Of a stretch of 64,000 nucleotides of DNA, positions 12,501-24,156 are shown one piece after another; the stretch's first letter is position 1, and each line of letters opens with the position of its first letter. The notes under the pieces were generated by a model. That model saw only the letters and a program-made list of their open reading frames with translations, made no database searches and was not told where the DNA came from. A program made the position numbers and the translations under genes. The DNA lies in NCBI GenBank assembly GCA_020137815.1, contig CM035360.1, positions 3,534,001 through 3,598,000 of the forward strand, given 5' to 3'. Origin of the DNA: Hormiphora californensis (taxonomy: Eukaryota; Animalia; Ctenophora).

Positions 12501-15500
12501 GTGGTGCCAGCCAACCGCCAGCCAAACGGAAAAATCTAGTGATCCTCTATCAGCTGGTATCAAAATCTAAGCTCTAAGTGACCAGGAACTGGCATTATTA
12601 GTGCTAATTGGCGATAACGTCATAAATCACATAATTACGACTAATTAGTGAACCGGGGGTGGTAGAGACCTGTGGGATGGTACTTTGGACTTTTTATAGA
12701 GTCCCTAATCATATCAGAAAGTCAAATGTAAAATTCCAGACCCAACTTCCCACAACCGACCCTACTATAATAAACAGGCCGCCGCGCATCAAAAAATATT
12801 TTAACAGCCTGAAGGTTGCTGTTTCGACGAATCTCCCAACTTCGGGTCGGACGAGGGGAAGCTTGCCTTTTGCGATCATATATACAAACGTAGGTCTTTT
12901 TTTCGGGGGGGGGGGGGGGGGGCAAATTTCAGGCAGCGATTGTGGCCACATTTTTTGAGATATCGACCTGAAATTTTGTAGGCGTGTTCTAGTAGTATAA
13001 CTACGTGTCATAACGTGGCCGGATTTTTGATTTTTTGCCTAATTAATTAATTATAGGTAATTAAAAAGTAGCCCCTGCACCGTGCCCCTGAGCATGGGGT
13101 GTTCTGTCCCCTGGGCATTGCCCCTGAGCCGAAATTATCTCCCGATCTGCTTGAAATATCGACTTGAAACTTTGTAGGAATGCTCTTCAAGCATAAAAAA
13201 TGATCTACAAAAAGTTAGAATAGTCAAAATTAAGTAATCAATGAGTTATAGGCATGCAAAAATGGACATTTCTGGTGCCCCTGAATTTTGCCCCCGAGCA
13301 TTTGAAAAAACTGCCCCTGGGCAATTTTAAAATTCAAATTGTGGCCACACTGTTTGACATATCGATCTAAAACTTTGTAGGCATGTTCTAGTGGTATAAC
13401 TAAGAGTCACCACGGAGCCTGATTTTTGATTTTTTACTTAATTAATTAATTATAAGCAATTAAAATTTTAAAATTGCCCCCGCACTAACAAAAGTGGCCC
13501 AGGGGCACCTGAGTCGCAATTATCTCCCGATCTGCTTGAAATATCGACTTGAAACTTTGTAGGAATGCTCTTCAAGCATATAGAAAGGTCTACAAAAGGT
13601 GGGAATATTCAAAATTAAGTAATCAATGAGTTATAAGCAATTAAAAAATGGACATTTTTATGGTGCCCCTGAGCATTGCCCATGAGCATTTGAAAATATT
13701 TTCCGTTCTGCTATAAATATCGACTTGAAACTTTGTAGGAATGCTCTTCAAGCATATAGAAAGGTCTACAAAAAGTGGGAATATTCAAAATTGATTATCA
13801 AATTAATTATAAGCAATTAAAAAAATGTGCAGTGGCAGTGCAGGGGCAAAAAAATAAAGCATATGGTCGTGTTTCATATTGATTGGTCGTTAAACATTTT
13901 GAAAAATGAGTTAATGTTACGTTTACTCAAAAATGCGGCACTTAATCTAGTAAAAATCAGTTGATATTCCAACCCTAGTAGTAAAAGTGTCTTTTGATCA
14001 CTTGTATGTACTTTTAATTGAATTTACTCATAAATTGCGGCTCTGGGGACCAACTTTGCTAAACCTGGCACCAATCAAACAGAGTAAAAATTATTGTCAC
14101 AATTTTCTGTGTAAAATACAGAAAAATGATACATATTTCTTATCCATAGCTAGGAGTAAGCGAATTACTCATATTGTGCGGTGTAAAAGGTGGTTGAATT
14201 GATGGAATTTTTGGATTGCATTTAACACCCCTCTTTGGTTCCGATTTATGAGTAAAGTGATACTAAAATGTTGCAAATAAAGTGAACAACCATATTAGCT
14301 AAAGAAAACTACAAAATTTTACTCAAATTGTGCGGTGCGGCTAAAAATAGCACAAAACTTTAACCTGCTATAGCACCGCACTAAATGAGTAAACAGATCT
14401 GAAAGTGGTTGGATACAGGTCATATGGCCAATATCTAATGTATCCACCATGTTTTCAATCTGTTTACTCAAAAATTGCGGCTCTATTGACTGTCGGTTTA
14501 AATCAACCATATTTTCAGGTCTCGTACCGCACAATATGAGTAACTGAGAGTACCAGTTATCGCCTTATCATACTCATAATTGTTCAAAGGAGATATGTGC
14601 AAAAAATTAAACATCAATTTACTCATTTTACACCTTAGGAGTAAGATTTTCGGTAGAAAATAGCTGTGTGCCGCACAATATGAGTAAATTTTTCTCAAAA
14701 CCTAGCTAATCCTTTGACGAAAAAGTATTTCTAATTATTCCTGAAATTTCAAAAGTTTAATCACAACTAGCAAACTATGAGAGCCCTGTGCCGCAACTTT
14801 GAACCGCACTGATGTTTTAGCCTATATCTCTGAAAGCCGTTGAATAAGAGTAACCGTTTCTTCACTAAAGTATAGTTCAAAGTATTATGCACTTATTGCA
14901 GTATATGAGTAACCAGCCAAGCCTTTTGGTTGATTCGCAATTCTCTTCTGAAAATTTTTGGTCAAACGACCAATCAATATGAAACACGACCATATATATG
15001 GCGGGAAAATATTTTGGCGGGAAACCGAAAAAGCCCAATAAGCCAAGAACGGGGTGGGGCCAAGGTCTGGCCCACTAGCTTTTGATCACCTCATCGAGCC
15101 CGATCGAACGCGACCAATGTCGACCTCCCACGACGACCTAAACCCCTAATCCCACGTGGTGCCAGCCAACCGCCAGCCAAACGGAAAAATCTAGTGATCT
15201 TCTATCAGCTGGTATCAAAATCTAAGCTCTAAGTGACCAGGAACTGGCATTATTAGTGCTAATTGGCGATAACGTCATAAATCACATAATTATGACTAAT
15301 TAGTGAACCGGGGGTGGTAGAGACCTGTGGGATGGTACTTTGGACTTTTTATAGAGTCCCTAATCATATCAGAAAGTCAAATTTAAAATTCCAGACCCAA
15401 CTTCCCACAACCGACCCTACTATAATAAACAGGCCGCCGCGCATCAAAAAATATTTTAACAGCCTGAAGGTTGCTGTTTCGACGAATCTCCCAACTTCGG

Positions 15501-15533
15501 GTCGGACGAGGGGAAGCTTGCCTTTTGCGATCA
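9544..15533. mobile_element. Composite repeat of three ~96-bp left units (S) and three ~1.52-kb units (L); non-autonomous element with subterminal inverted repeats and a terminal hairpin (Helentron/Crypton-like)
   Basis: S units: 9544-9639, 9640-9734, 9735-9830. L units: 9831-11357, 11358-12878, 12879-15533 (the last is interrupted). S begins with hairpin AGGTGCC-ggca-GGCACCT then TCCGACCCGAAG. L ends with CTTCGGGTCGGA ~27 nt from its end. No TSD visible. Confidence 0.85.
13865..14991. mobile_element. Non-autonomous TIR element inserted in the third L unit
   Basis: 27-bp TIR GGTCGTGTTTCATATTGATTGGTCGTT / AACGACCAATCAATATGAAACACGACC. Empty sites in L1 and L2 (aaagcatatatatggcggg) show an ATAT (or TA) duplication. 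Confidence 0.9.
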
Positions 15534-15690
15534 TATATTTATCTTCGTAAGAAGTGGAGGATTGAAGTAGAGTGTATTTCAGAAGAAAGTGTGTATAAGA
15601 TGTGTGAATTGTGTTAGTAGGGGACACTAGCGTGGTACGGGCAATGAGTGGCCAATGCTCTGCAGAGCTCTGACAAGTATAAATTTTTGT

Positions 15691-16514
15691 GGGGGGGGGC
15701 CAACGAATTTTTTATATATTTCCTTAATTTTGGAATTTTTTATATATATATAAAAATATATAAAAATATATAAAAATATATAAAAATATATAAAAATATA
15801 TAAAGTTATATAAATAATATATAAAAATATATAAAAATATATAAAATAAACCCTTTTTTCACCCCTTTTACTTTCAAAAAAGGGGATTATTTCCATCTAT
15901 TGTTCACTTGAATATGTTTCATAGAGTTAATTTAAGTGTTTGAGAGTGTGATAGCTGTTTTACATAATTGAGAATGTGTTCAAAAGTGAATTATGCACTG
16001 TCAAAAGTAGAACTGGTGAAGAGAGGTTCCGGCCTAATAATATCTACCAGTTTTGATGTGATTTCAATCATTTTTTGTATGTTGATCCGTGCAGATGTAC
16101 TAGAACTGGTGAAGAGAGGTTGGGATCGCGAAACTAAAAAAAACAAATCATTTTTGACGTCATTTTGACGTCATGACGTTATTGACGCGACGTCACGATG
16201 TTACAAACGTCACATTGATGACGGAAAATCATCAGGATTATCTAGATGAAGATGCTGACCAAGTTTGAGATCAATTGAATGATATTTGATCCCGCTATGG
16301 CGAAAAACAGCTTTCTGTTTTCACACTTTCGGCACAATTTTTTATATATTTTTATATATTTTTTATATATTTTTATATATTTTTATATATTCATATGTAT
16401 TTTTATATATTTTTATATATTTTATATATATATAAAAAATTATGTTTTTTTTTCCAAAAAAAAGGTATATAAAATATATAAAAATATATAAAAAATGAGC
16501 GTTGGCCCCCCCCC
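15691..16514. mobile_element. Poly-G/poly-C capped TIR element with (ATATAAAAAT)n 10-bp subterminal arrays
   Basis: Ends GGGGGGGGGCCAACG / CGTTGGCCCCCCCCC, with 8-bp TSD ATTTTTGT (15683-15690, 16515-16522). Confidence 0.85.
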
Positions 16515-16962
16515 ATTTTTGTACAGTGTACACTATACACTGTATAGTGTACACTGTACACCGACTGCGTTCCTCACCGAAAAAAAAAGAATTTTATAAG
16601 CAATATGATTATAAATGTGCAGCTCTGTTTTTGTGAGTACCACGCTAGTGTCCTCTACTAGTTGTTGTTGATGTGACTGGCTCATGATGCTATATTTTCC
16701 AGAGAAAATAATACCCTTTATAGCTTTTTGTTGATATTCCATATAACTTAAATGTTGTTTAATTAGAAACACGACTATTGTCTAGATCAAATAAAGGAAT
16801 TTACACACTTTAATACAAGTTACAAAACCACGGTCAATACAAAAGTATACAACTCAAGAAGTGAAAATATATACAGTTCTCCGGATAGAAAGACAAATTA
16901 GAATAAAGAAATAACACTCGGTACTCATATACATTAGAATTTAAATTCTCATGGACGCACTG

Positions 16963-17698
16963 TTAACGTACACTACTCTTAATCCAGTAATGATGAACAG
17001 CACACCCACTGTGATGATTATCAGGTTTAGTGCACACTGAGGTAAACCGTCCCTCTCCCATCTGTAACTCACACTGATGGCCCTTACCATTGCTGTCTAT
17101 CGCACATTGTACCGCCGGTAACTTGTTGTCTAGGTGAATGGTAAAAAGTCCAGCTCTCCGGAGTGGCCGACCTAAATCTGGGTGCGGCCTCCAGATGACC
17201 CCCTTTAGGGTGCCATCGTGATACTTTACATCTAATAACCCCCCAAACGGGTAGTCAGATCTAGTCCATGTGCCCAATAGGTTACCGTATCGGTACAAAA
17301 TGTGGCTGAAGAATGGCTTGGCGATGGTTGGACGAAGTGAGGTTAGGGTGTCCCCAAATTGTTGGACAGCTAATTCCTTCCAGATGCTACCCGTAGCACA
17401 AAATGAGTGGAGATATCGATCAGTGTAGCTTAGCTGTACTACATCAGTTACTGAAAGAAAACAAGCGTTACAATTTTATACTAGTGTTAAGCTAGTGTAA
17501 CACAAGTGTAACACTAGTGTTAGACTACTGTTGCTTATAAAAAAACACTTTCAGCATGTATGATAATTACAGATTAAATGGTACACCAAACTTAAAATTG
17601 TGCTGCTTGCCTGATAAATGGGTGAGGATCAAAAGTAGAACCTCAGATGGCAGGCTCCTTAGCAGAGAAAATGGGGGCTGTGAAAGTGCTACAGTCAT
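16963..17698 (-). CDS. FBXO31: F-box protein, FBXO31-like, short (~191 aa)
   Basis: Exons 17698-17611 and 17450-16963 give the F-box LPSEVLLLILTHLSVTDVVQLSYTDRYLH, followed by ILYRYGNLLGTW..PFGGLLDV..LFTIHL..VQC..H..FTSVCTKPDNHH, matching the FBXO31 segment after its F-box. Confidence 0.78.
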
Positions 17699-19416
17699 AA
17701 CTCGTCCTTTCTCCTGCTACCATGACCTGGGTTCAGAGAAGATGTAAACGGGAAGTAAACGGGAAGTTTAATGCAAATAAAATCGTCAGAACAAAGCCTG
17801 ACTCCAAATTCTGCTCATTCGTAAATCCTTTCAGTGGCCTGCAACTGAACTACCAACTCAACCATGAACTACAAGTGTAATATAGTGGCAATATCTCTTG
17901 CGATAAAACTGTCGCTGCCTTCACAAGATCGGAGAGTGAGAGGGAAAGAAAGAGCAGGAGATCTCTGCTAATAGCTCATCTTCCCAAATTAACTGCGACA
18001 CAATGAAAGTACAGATGGTCAGAGAGAGATCGTTACTGTTACACTGGGAGAGATTCTTACTGAGCTGAATAGTAAGCAAGGTAGACAAAAGGCAGAGTGA
18101 GCTGGCAAAGAATAATAAGCTAATTTTATAGTCACACTGCACCAGACTCACACGCAGGAGGCAGACAGTGCTGCGGAAGTGTGAGAGAATAGGAAGGGAG
18201 AAAGCCATTCTCAGACACGGGAATGGTTTAAGCGCATGATAGTTGGTCGGGAAGTGGGCAATTGCAAACTGATTATGAGAACCAGGATGTTGCTGAGAGA
18301 AATTCAAGGCTAAGTAAGCCTAGACATAACGTGAATCAAGAAATTGGAGAGAGACGGAGAGAGGGAGAGAGAGTGATAGAGAGAAGGCTTGGTTAGAAAG
18401 TATATGGCAAACACGCTATAGCTGATGTACACGGAAAAGCTAACACTATCTGCTCTTACAAGACAGATGGCATTACAGTTGAATTGCTGTTAACAAGCGT
18501 TATAGTAGTTGTAGCGCTTGTTAGGATAGCAGATTGCCACATACTGGGCTGTCACAATATCAGCTCCACATTCCTCTGATTAGCTGTGACCGGGCTGTAC
18601 GTGACCCACACAGTGCAGGTTGTTGAAGAAATACCCAGGATGTTTGTACATATATTTCACAGTACAGATTTAAGGTCTAGAAGGATCTGTGGGACTTTCT
18701 TGAAGAAATGATCTTGGAAATCATGAAAAATAGTTGCATTACAGTAATCTGAGACAAGACAAGAGAGAGCTCGAGAGTTTGCTCATTAAAAGAAGTATGA
18801 AAACGCAGGAAAATTAGTTAAAAGAAGAACGGTTACATTGATTATTTTTCATTTATGCTCATTTAATGAAATGAGCGATTATAGCATCGGTACCGGAAAC
18901 TGTAAAGAAAAGAAAATGTACACACACAGAAAAGACAAACTACACTTCTGTGCTTCACTCTCCCCCGTGCTTCTATTTTCCTCTTACCTGTCACCAAGTG
19001 CTGTACGACAGTCAGTACACATACAGGAAGCGATGAGAGAGGGAGAGAGAGGGAGAGGGAGAGAGAAGGAGAGAGAGACATAGAAAGACACAGAGAGTTA
19101 CAGTACCTACAGATGTCCTGGCACCAGATACAATTCGTTGGCAACATCGTGACGTCACATTCTAATTGGACCCCATCATTGGTTTATTTCTGTATCCATC
19201 GGCCATCCTGGATGGCCCATCCATCGCCGAAATCATTTTATACTGCTATACCGTCATGTTTAGTGCAGTTTACGACATATTATGCCATACACTTTGCATT
19301 GGTCTCATACAGTACACAGAGAGACACATTGTACAATTATTGATGTTATTGTGTACGTGTCTTTATATAACCAGCCAAATTCTATTTATAGCGCCAAGTC
19401 TCTCTCTCTCTCCAAC

Positions 19417-19999
19417 ATGACTTTTGCCAAGAACCTCGTACACTTCCTCAAGCCTATCAAAGAGGTAAATTGCTTCAACTTTCACCCTTGATTTCATTTA
19501 ATATTTTATCCCGCATTATAGTTTATAAAACTGGATTTTCCGTATATAAAACTGGATTTTCCGTTATCCAGTTTATCTCACAATCCGTTCCTATTTCCTT
19601 TATGATTTGCAGCCCTGAGCTCCGACCCCAGGCCATATAATAACAAAATGTTCGCCCTTGATCGCGGGCGAATAGTTACGGACATTCCTTCTATAATCGT
19701 ATTTCGTGGACTCACTGTTTATTTTATTCCAGGTTGTTATCTCTGCTCCCGTTGTGTTTTACGGTTTGAGCAAGGTCCAGGTCGTCCAGAAGAGTGAGTG
19801 GACTGTAAAGTTTGTTGTTATGCACTTTTTGTAGTACAATGTATAATAGTTGTACTGTGAATGTGTACACTTGTTGTTTTCTAGAGTAATAGAGAGCAAA
19901 GAAATAAGAATCTTTAGAGAAACTCATACCTGCTGTATTGTTCTTGAGCTGTGTTCATGGAACATTTTATGATTCATATCTTTCTTTTCAGAGAAGTAA
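19417..19999 (+). CDS. 38-aa single-TM microprotein, ATP synthase subunit j (Atp18/6.8PL)-like
   Basis: Exons 19417-19464, 19733-19793 and 19992-19999 have strong GT-AG sites and encode MTFAKNLVHFLKPIKEVVISAPVVFYGLSKVQVVQKKK. Confidence 0.6.
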
Positions 20000-20270
20000 A
20001 CGAACGAAGAATGGAATCACCAGAAGCATCACCAGTCGCCTAATTTATTACTTTGGACACTATAGATCTTGAACACTAGTTATTTGGGTTTCCAACCACG
20101 ATTTTGTATGGCCATGTTATGTTATATCTAAGTAAGTCACTCGTTGCGTTATAAAAAATCATCGTGTCTTAGAATTTTGTAAAAAAGTGATCAAATTCCT
20201 CAAACTGCCCTCTCTTAGCTTAAAAAATGTCTAATTCGTTCTAGTCAGCTAGTGCTACTAATAACTAGCG

Positions 20271-22951
20271 ATGGCGTTGTGTGGCAGCGCACACTCACTC
20301 CTTCGCCATGCTGCTGTGCTCCGATCAGCAGCACCCCTTTTCCATCTTGGTAACCATAGAAACCTCTCCATTACCTCAACCTTCGCCCCGGAGAAATCGG
20401 TTGCCAAGGAAGGGTACACCAACCGATGGGCCATCGCTGTGCCCGCATTCCTGACTCATCTCTGTATTGGTATGTTATACCTCTTTCTCTGTCAATAATA
20501 AACAGCCATATATATGTTTAGTTAAAAGTAGTATAGGTAGATAGTTGTTTAACAGTTTGAAATACCAATAACAATGTTTTTTTTCCAGGTGCACCATACG
20601 CATGGTCTGCCATGAGTGGCCCCCTTACCCGAGACCAGGGTTTTGTCTGCTCCTCCGCTGATGATTGGTCCATGACATCAGCCACTGCCCCCATGGGAAT
20701 CCTCTTCGCATTCCACGGTCTCAGTGCTGCCATGGCTGGAAAATGGCAGATGAAAGTCGGACCTCGTGCTGCCATCGCCGCTGCATCTCTCTCCTTTGGA
20801 GGTGGATTCCTTCTCTCTGCCATCGGGGTCGCCACCCACAACATTGGCCTGGTTTATCTTGGTTATGGAATGTTTGGAGGAATTGGTCTGGGTCTCAGTT
20901 ATACGCCACCCATCCAGACACTAATTGAGTGGTTCCCCGAGAAGAGAGGTCTGGCTTCTGGGTTAACCATCATGGGATTCGGATCAGGAGCCCTCCTCTT
21001 TGGACCCACTGCCGCTGCTCTTCTATCAAAATTTAGGTTGGTAACATTTCCATTTATAAAACTTTTATGAAGTTTCACTTTTTGACATCGAAATAATACA
21101 TCTACATCTCACACGTGCAGTACCCTCCCAACATATCTCGGCTCGACGGTACAGACGGTCACAGAAAACGGACGATTATTCGCTGAATCCAGTGGCAAGA
21201 TGGTCGAGGTAGTGTATGCCAATGCCGCTGATCTCGCAAAGCTCTCATACAGTGGTCTGGAGGAAGGGTTCTATGTTGTCGGATCGGGTAACACAGGTAC
21301 GTGGAAGAGAGAATGGAAATTTTTATTTCTTTGTGCAAATTGAATGGAATTTACCGCACGTGTGGTTCCCAGAAGACCCTTACGCCTACATAAACCATTG
21401 TTATGCGTCACCTTACAGTATGAGGACAATAAAAGAGGGCTCATTTGAAATGAATAAAGCAGAGTTGAATAGTGAATAGGAAACTAGAAAAATATCATGG
21501 ACCGGTCCTCCCTTTTTTCAATAATAACTCAACCACTCTCCTCCTACAGGTGCGGCAATGACCTTGGCAACGATTGGTGTAGGTTACACAGTAGCAATGA
21601 TGGCATCAGCCATGGCCATCAAGAAACCTCACCCGAATTACAAGGTACTTTTCAGACACCGCTGGTTAAAGAACCGGCCCCTTATTTGTTTTTCCCGTTC
21701 CCTAACAACCCGAAAATCAATGTTTCCTTTTCCAGGTTGCAGGAGTGGATACAAGCTCGCCTGCTGTACAGACGACTAACAATGTACATACAGATAACAT
21801 GTTTAAGTTGCCCCAATTCTACGCGCTGGGAACATCTCTTGTTGTCATCGCTTCCGGGGGTAAGTTGTATTGTTCATGAATAAATCTGAACAAGGCAATA
21901 ACTTTTTTGGACTCGCTAAGTCGCGTAAATTCTACTTATTGGTTGGCTGTTGGACAGATTATCCACACATTCATCTCTCTCCCCAGGTCTTGGTCTGATT
22001 GGTGTGGCTAAGCCCCTGATGTCAGAGGTATTCGGGGGAACTCTACCCAACATTGTTACAGCTGCATTCGCCTCCTCATTCATCCTCATGCTGAGCGTGG
22101 GAAACCTAAGCGGCCGTTTGGCGTGGGCCGCCATCTCCGACAAAATCGGCCGTCCTACGACATTCCACATTTTCACCTTCGGTAGCATTGCCATCTATGC
22201 GTCCCTGCCTACTATCATTCAACAAGTGGTGCAGAACCAGAGCGTTGCCTCCCTCGGTGCTTTCTGTGGCTTGAGTGTGTTCGCTATTTCCATATTTGGT
22301 GGTGTCTACTCTCTCCTCCCTGCTTATGAGAGTGACCTGTTTGGGCCTAAGTACGTGGGTGCGAATCACGGGAAAATGTTGCTGTTTAGTAGCACTGCTG
22401 CTCTCCTTGGACCCAGTACTTTCCTTTATTTGAGGAGCGCTTCAGAGAAGGTATGATTCACGATTATAAAGAAAGTGCTGAATGTATTCATTTGACAGCT
22501 CATTATATTATTGTGCACTATATAATGACCAATGCTTCCTTCTCAGGCCGCTATAACGGACCTTCTATCCAAAGTGGATGCATCGTGTTTCGAAGCCAAG
22601 TTTGGATCTCCCATGACCATGGCCGACAGCCTGATCGAGGCTAAAACGGTGACAGTTGCAAAATTAATGGAGATTGCCCCAGTGGGAACGATGGATCCAA
22701 CTCCATTCCTGTATGATACCAGCTTTTACTCCATCGCTGCTGCAATAAGTACGTGAATTAGGACTCAGTTGTTATATTTGGGTAGATTATTTGGAGTCCT
22801 TAGTCGATGTTTTTTTTAAGTTTTGAACCTATAACTCATTCTATCCCTTTCCTCAGCTATTGGGGCTATTACTCACTCCATGATCCGCCCGGTTGACCCG
22901 AAATGGTACGAGAAAGTGGAGAAGCTGGAAAGCAAGCCTGTCGATAAGTGA
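20271..22951 (+). CDS. MFS transporter, oxalate:formate antiporter (OFA/YhjX-like) family
   Basis: Eight phase-compatible exons (20271-20469, 20589-21036, 21121-21296, 21550-21644, 21736-21859, 21987-22450, 22547-22748, 22857-22951). Motifs include HLCIGAPYAWS, GIGLGLSYTPPIQTLIEWFPEKRGLASGLTIMGFGSG, GRLAWAAISDKIGR, DLFGPKYVGANHG and IRPVDPKWY. Confidence 0.92.
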
Positions 22952-23204
22952 ATTCTTTTATAGAACAATACACGGACAATACACGATAATGTATGATACA
23001 TGTGCAGAAATTGACACTTTTTATGTTTTTCTAACTGAAAACAAAGTGTGGGGAGATTAAGTTATAGTCGAGGGGTAATAAAGTTAAAGTATATTGAATG
23101 ATATTGATAATGTTCAGTTCAGATTTTCTAACTTATAAGTTTTAACTCAGCTAGGATCGAGTTTTTATGACAATGTCAGAAAACCATCTCCCTCTTTTCT
23201 AGCC

Positions 23205-24156
23205 ATGTCGGACAGCTGGTTCAAACGGGTGGAGTTTTCATGGTGGCAGAGGTTTGTGATAAACTGTCTTCTAGCTGGTTCCCTTCCCCAACACGTTGCT
23301 TTTATCATGGATGGAAATAGACGGTACAGTAAGATCAATGGCATTACCCGTGCAGAGAGTTATCTGATGGGCTTTGAAAAGATCGGTGAGATCCTCGATT
23401 ATTGCGAGGTTTTTAGGATCAAAGTGGTCTCCGTTTATGCGTTCAGTATTGAAAACTTCAAACGATCCGCTGAGGAGAAGGAAGAGTTGTTTCAGTTGTT
23501 TGAGGATAAAATGACATACCTGCTCAAGAATTTGGACAATTTGAACGAAAAGGGAATTAAAATCAAAGTCATGGGGGACATCTCCCTTTTCCCGCCTTAT
23601 CTCACCAAACTTATGGCTGAAGTTCAGTTGAGAACGGCCCATAACTCGGACTTTTGCTTCAACCTTTGTCTCTCCTACACCTCGCGAGAAGAAATTACAA
23701 ATTCCATCAGGACGGTAGTAGAATGGTGTAAAGGAGGGATCACTCCGCGTCACCGATATCACAGAGTCTCTATTGGATAGGTGCATGTATAGTGAGGATC
23801 TACCACCCGTTGACCTCTTAGTCCGGACCTCTGGGGAGGTGCGTTTATCAGACTACATGTTGTGGCAATCAAACTTTGCTGTTCTTCAATTTGTGAAGGT
23901 TATGTGGCCTGATTTCGGGTTTATGCACTTTGTCTCCTCGCTCCTGGATTATCAGCGGCAACAACCGAGATTGGCTGAGTATCGAGCGAAATATGGAGAT
24001 TATCTAGGTCAAATGAGGGATTGGGAGTTGAGAAGTTTAGAGGAGAGAGTGTCTGAGGGGACGGAGCAGCGGCAGGAAGAGTTTGTTGTGGAGATAAAGA
24101 AGAAACGAAGGGAGATGTTGGAGGAATTTTCAAAGTTTGAAGTTGCCGGTGCTTAG
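23205..24156 (+). CDS. DHDDS: Dehydrodolichyl diphosphate synthase (cis-prenyltransferase), intronless, with one frameshift near 23720
   Basis: PQHVAFIMDGNRRY, VYAFSIENFKRS and YTSREEI in the first frame. After removing one base near 23720 the frame continues NGVKEGSLRVTDITESLLDRCMY..VDLLVRTSGEVRLSDYMLWQ..WPDF. Confidence 0.9.

Noticed and set aside
11138-13011. Repeated ~100-aa ORFs in the L units
   Set aside because: No recognisable domain, they cross unit junctions, and their length depends on the poly-G run.
17921-19150. Possible minus-strand microexon gene or 128-aa ORF
   Set aside because: Several AG/GT pairs exist, but I could not assemble a coherent reading frame; the region may be non-coding.
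23715-23725. Programmed ribosomal frameshifting in DHDDS
   Set aside because: No slippery site or stimulatory structure, and similar indels in several unrelated genes point to consensus error.
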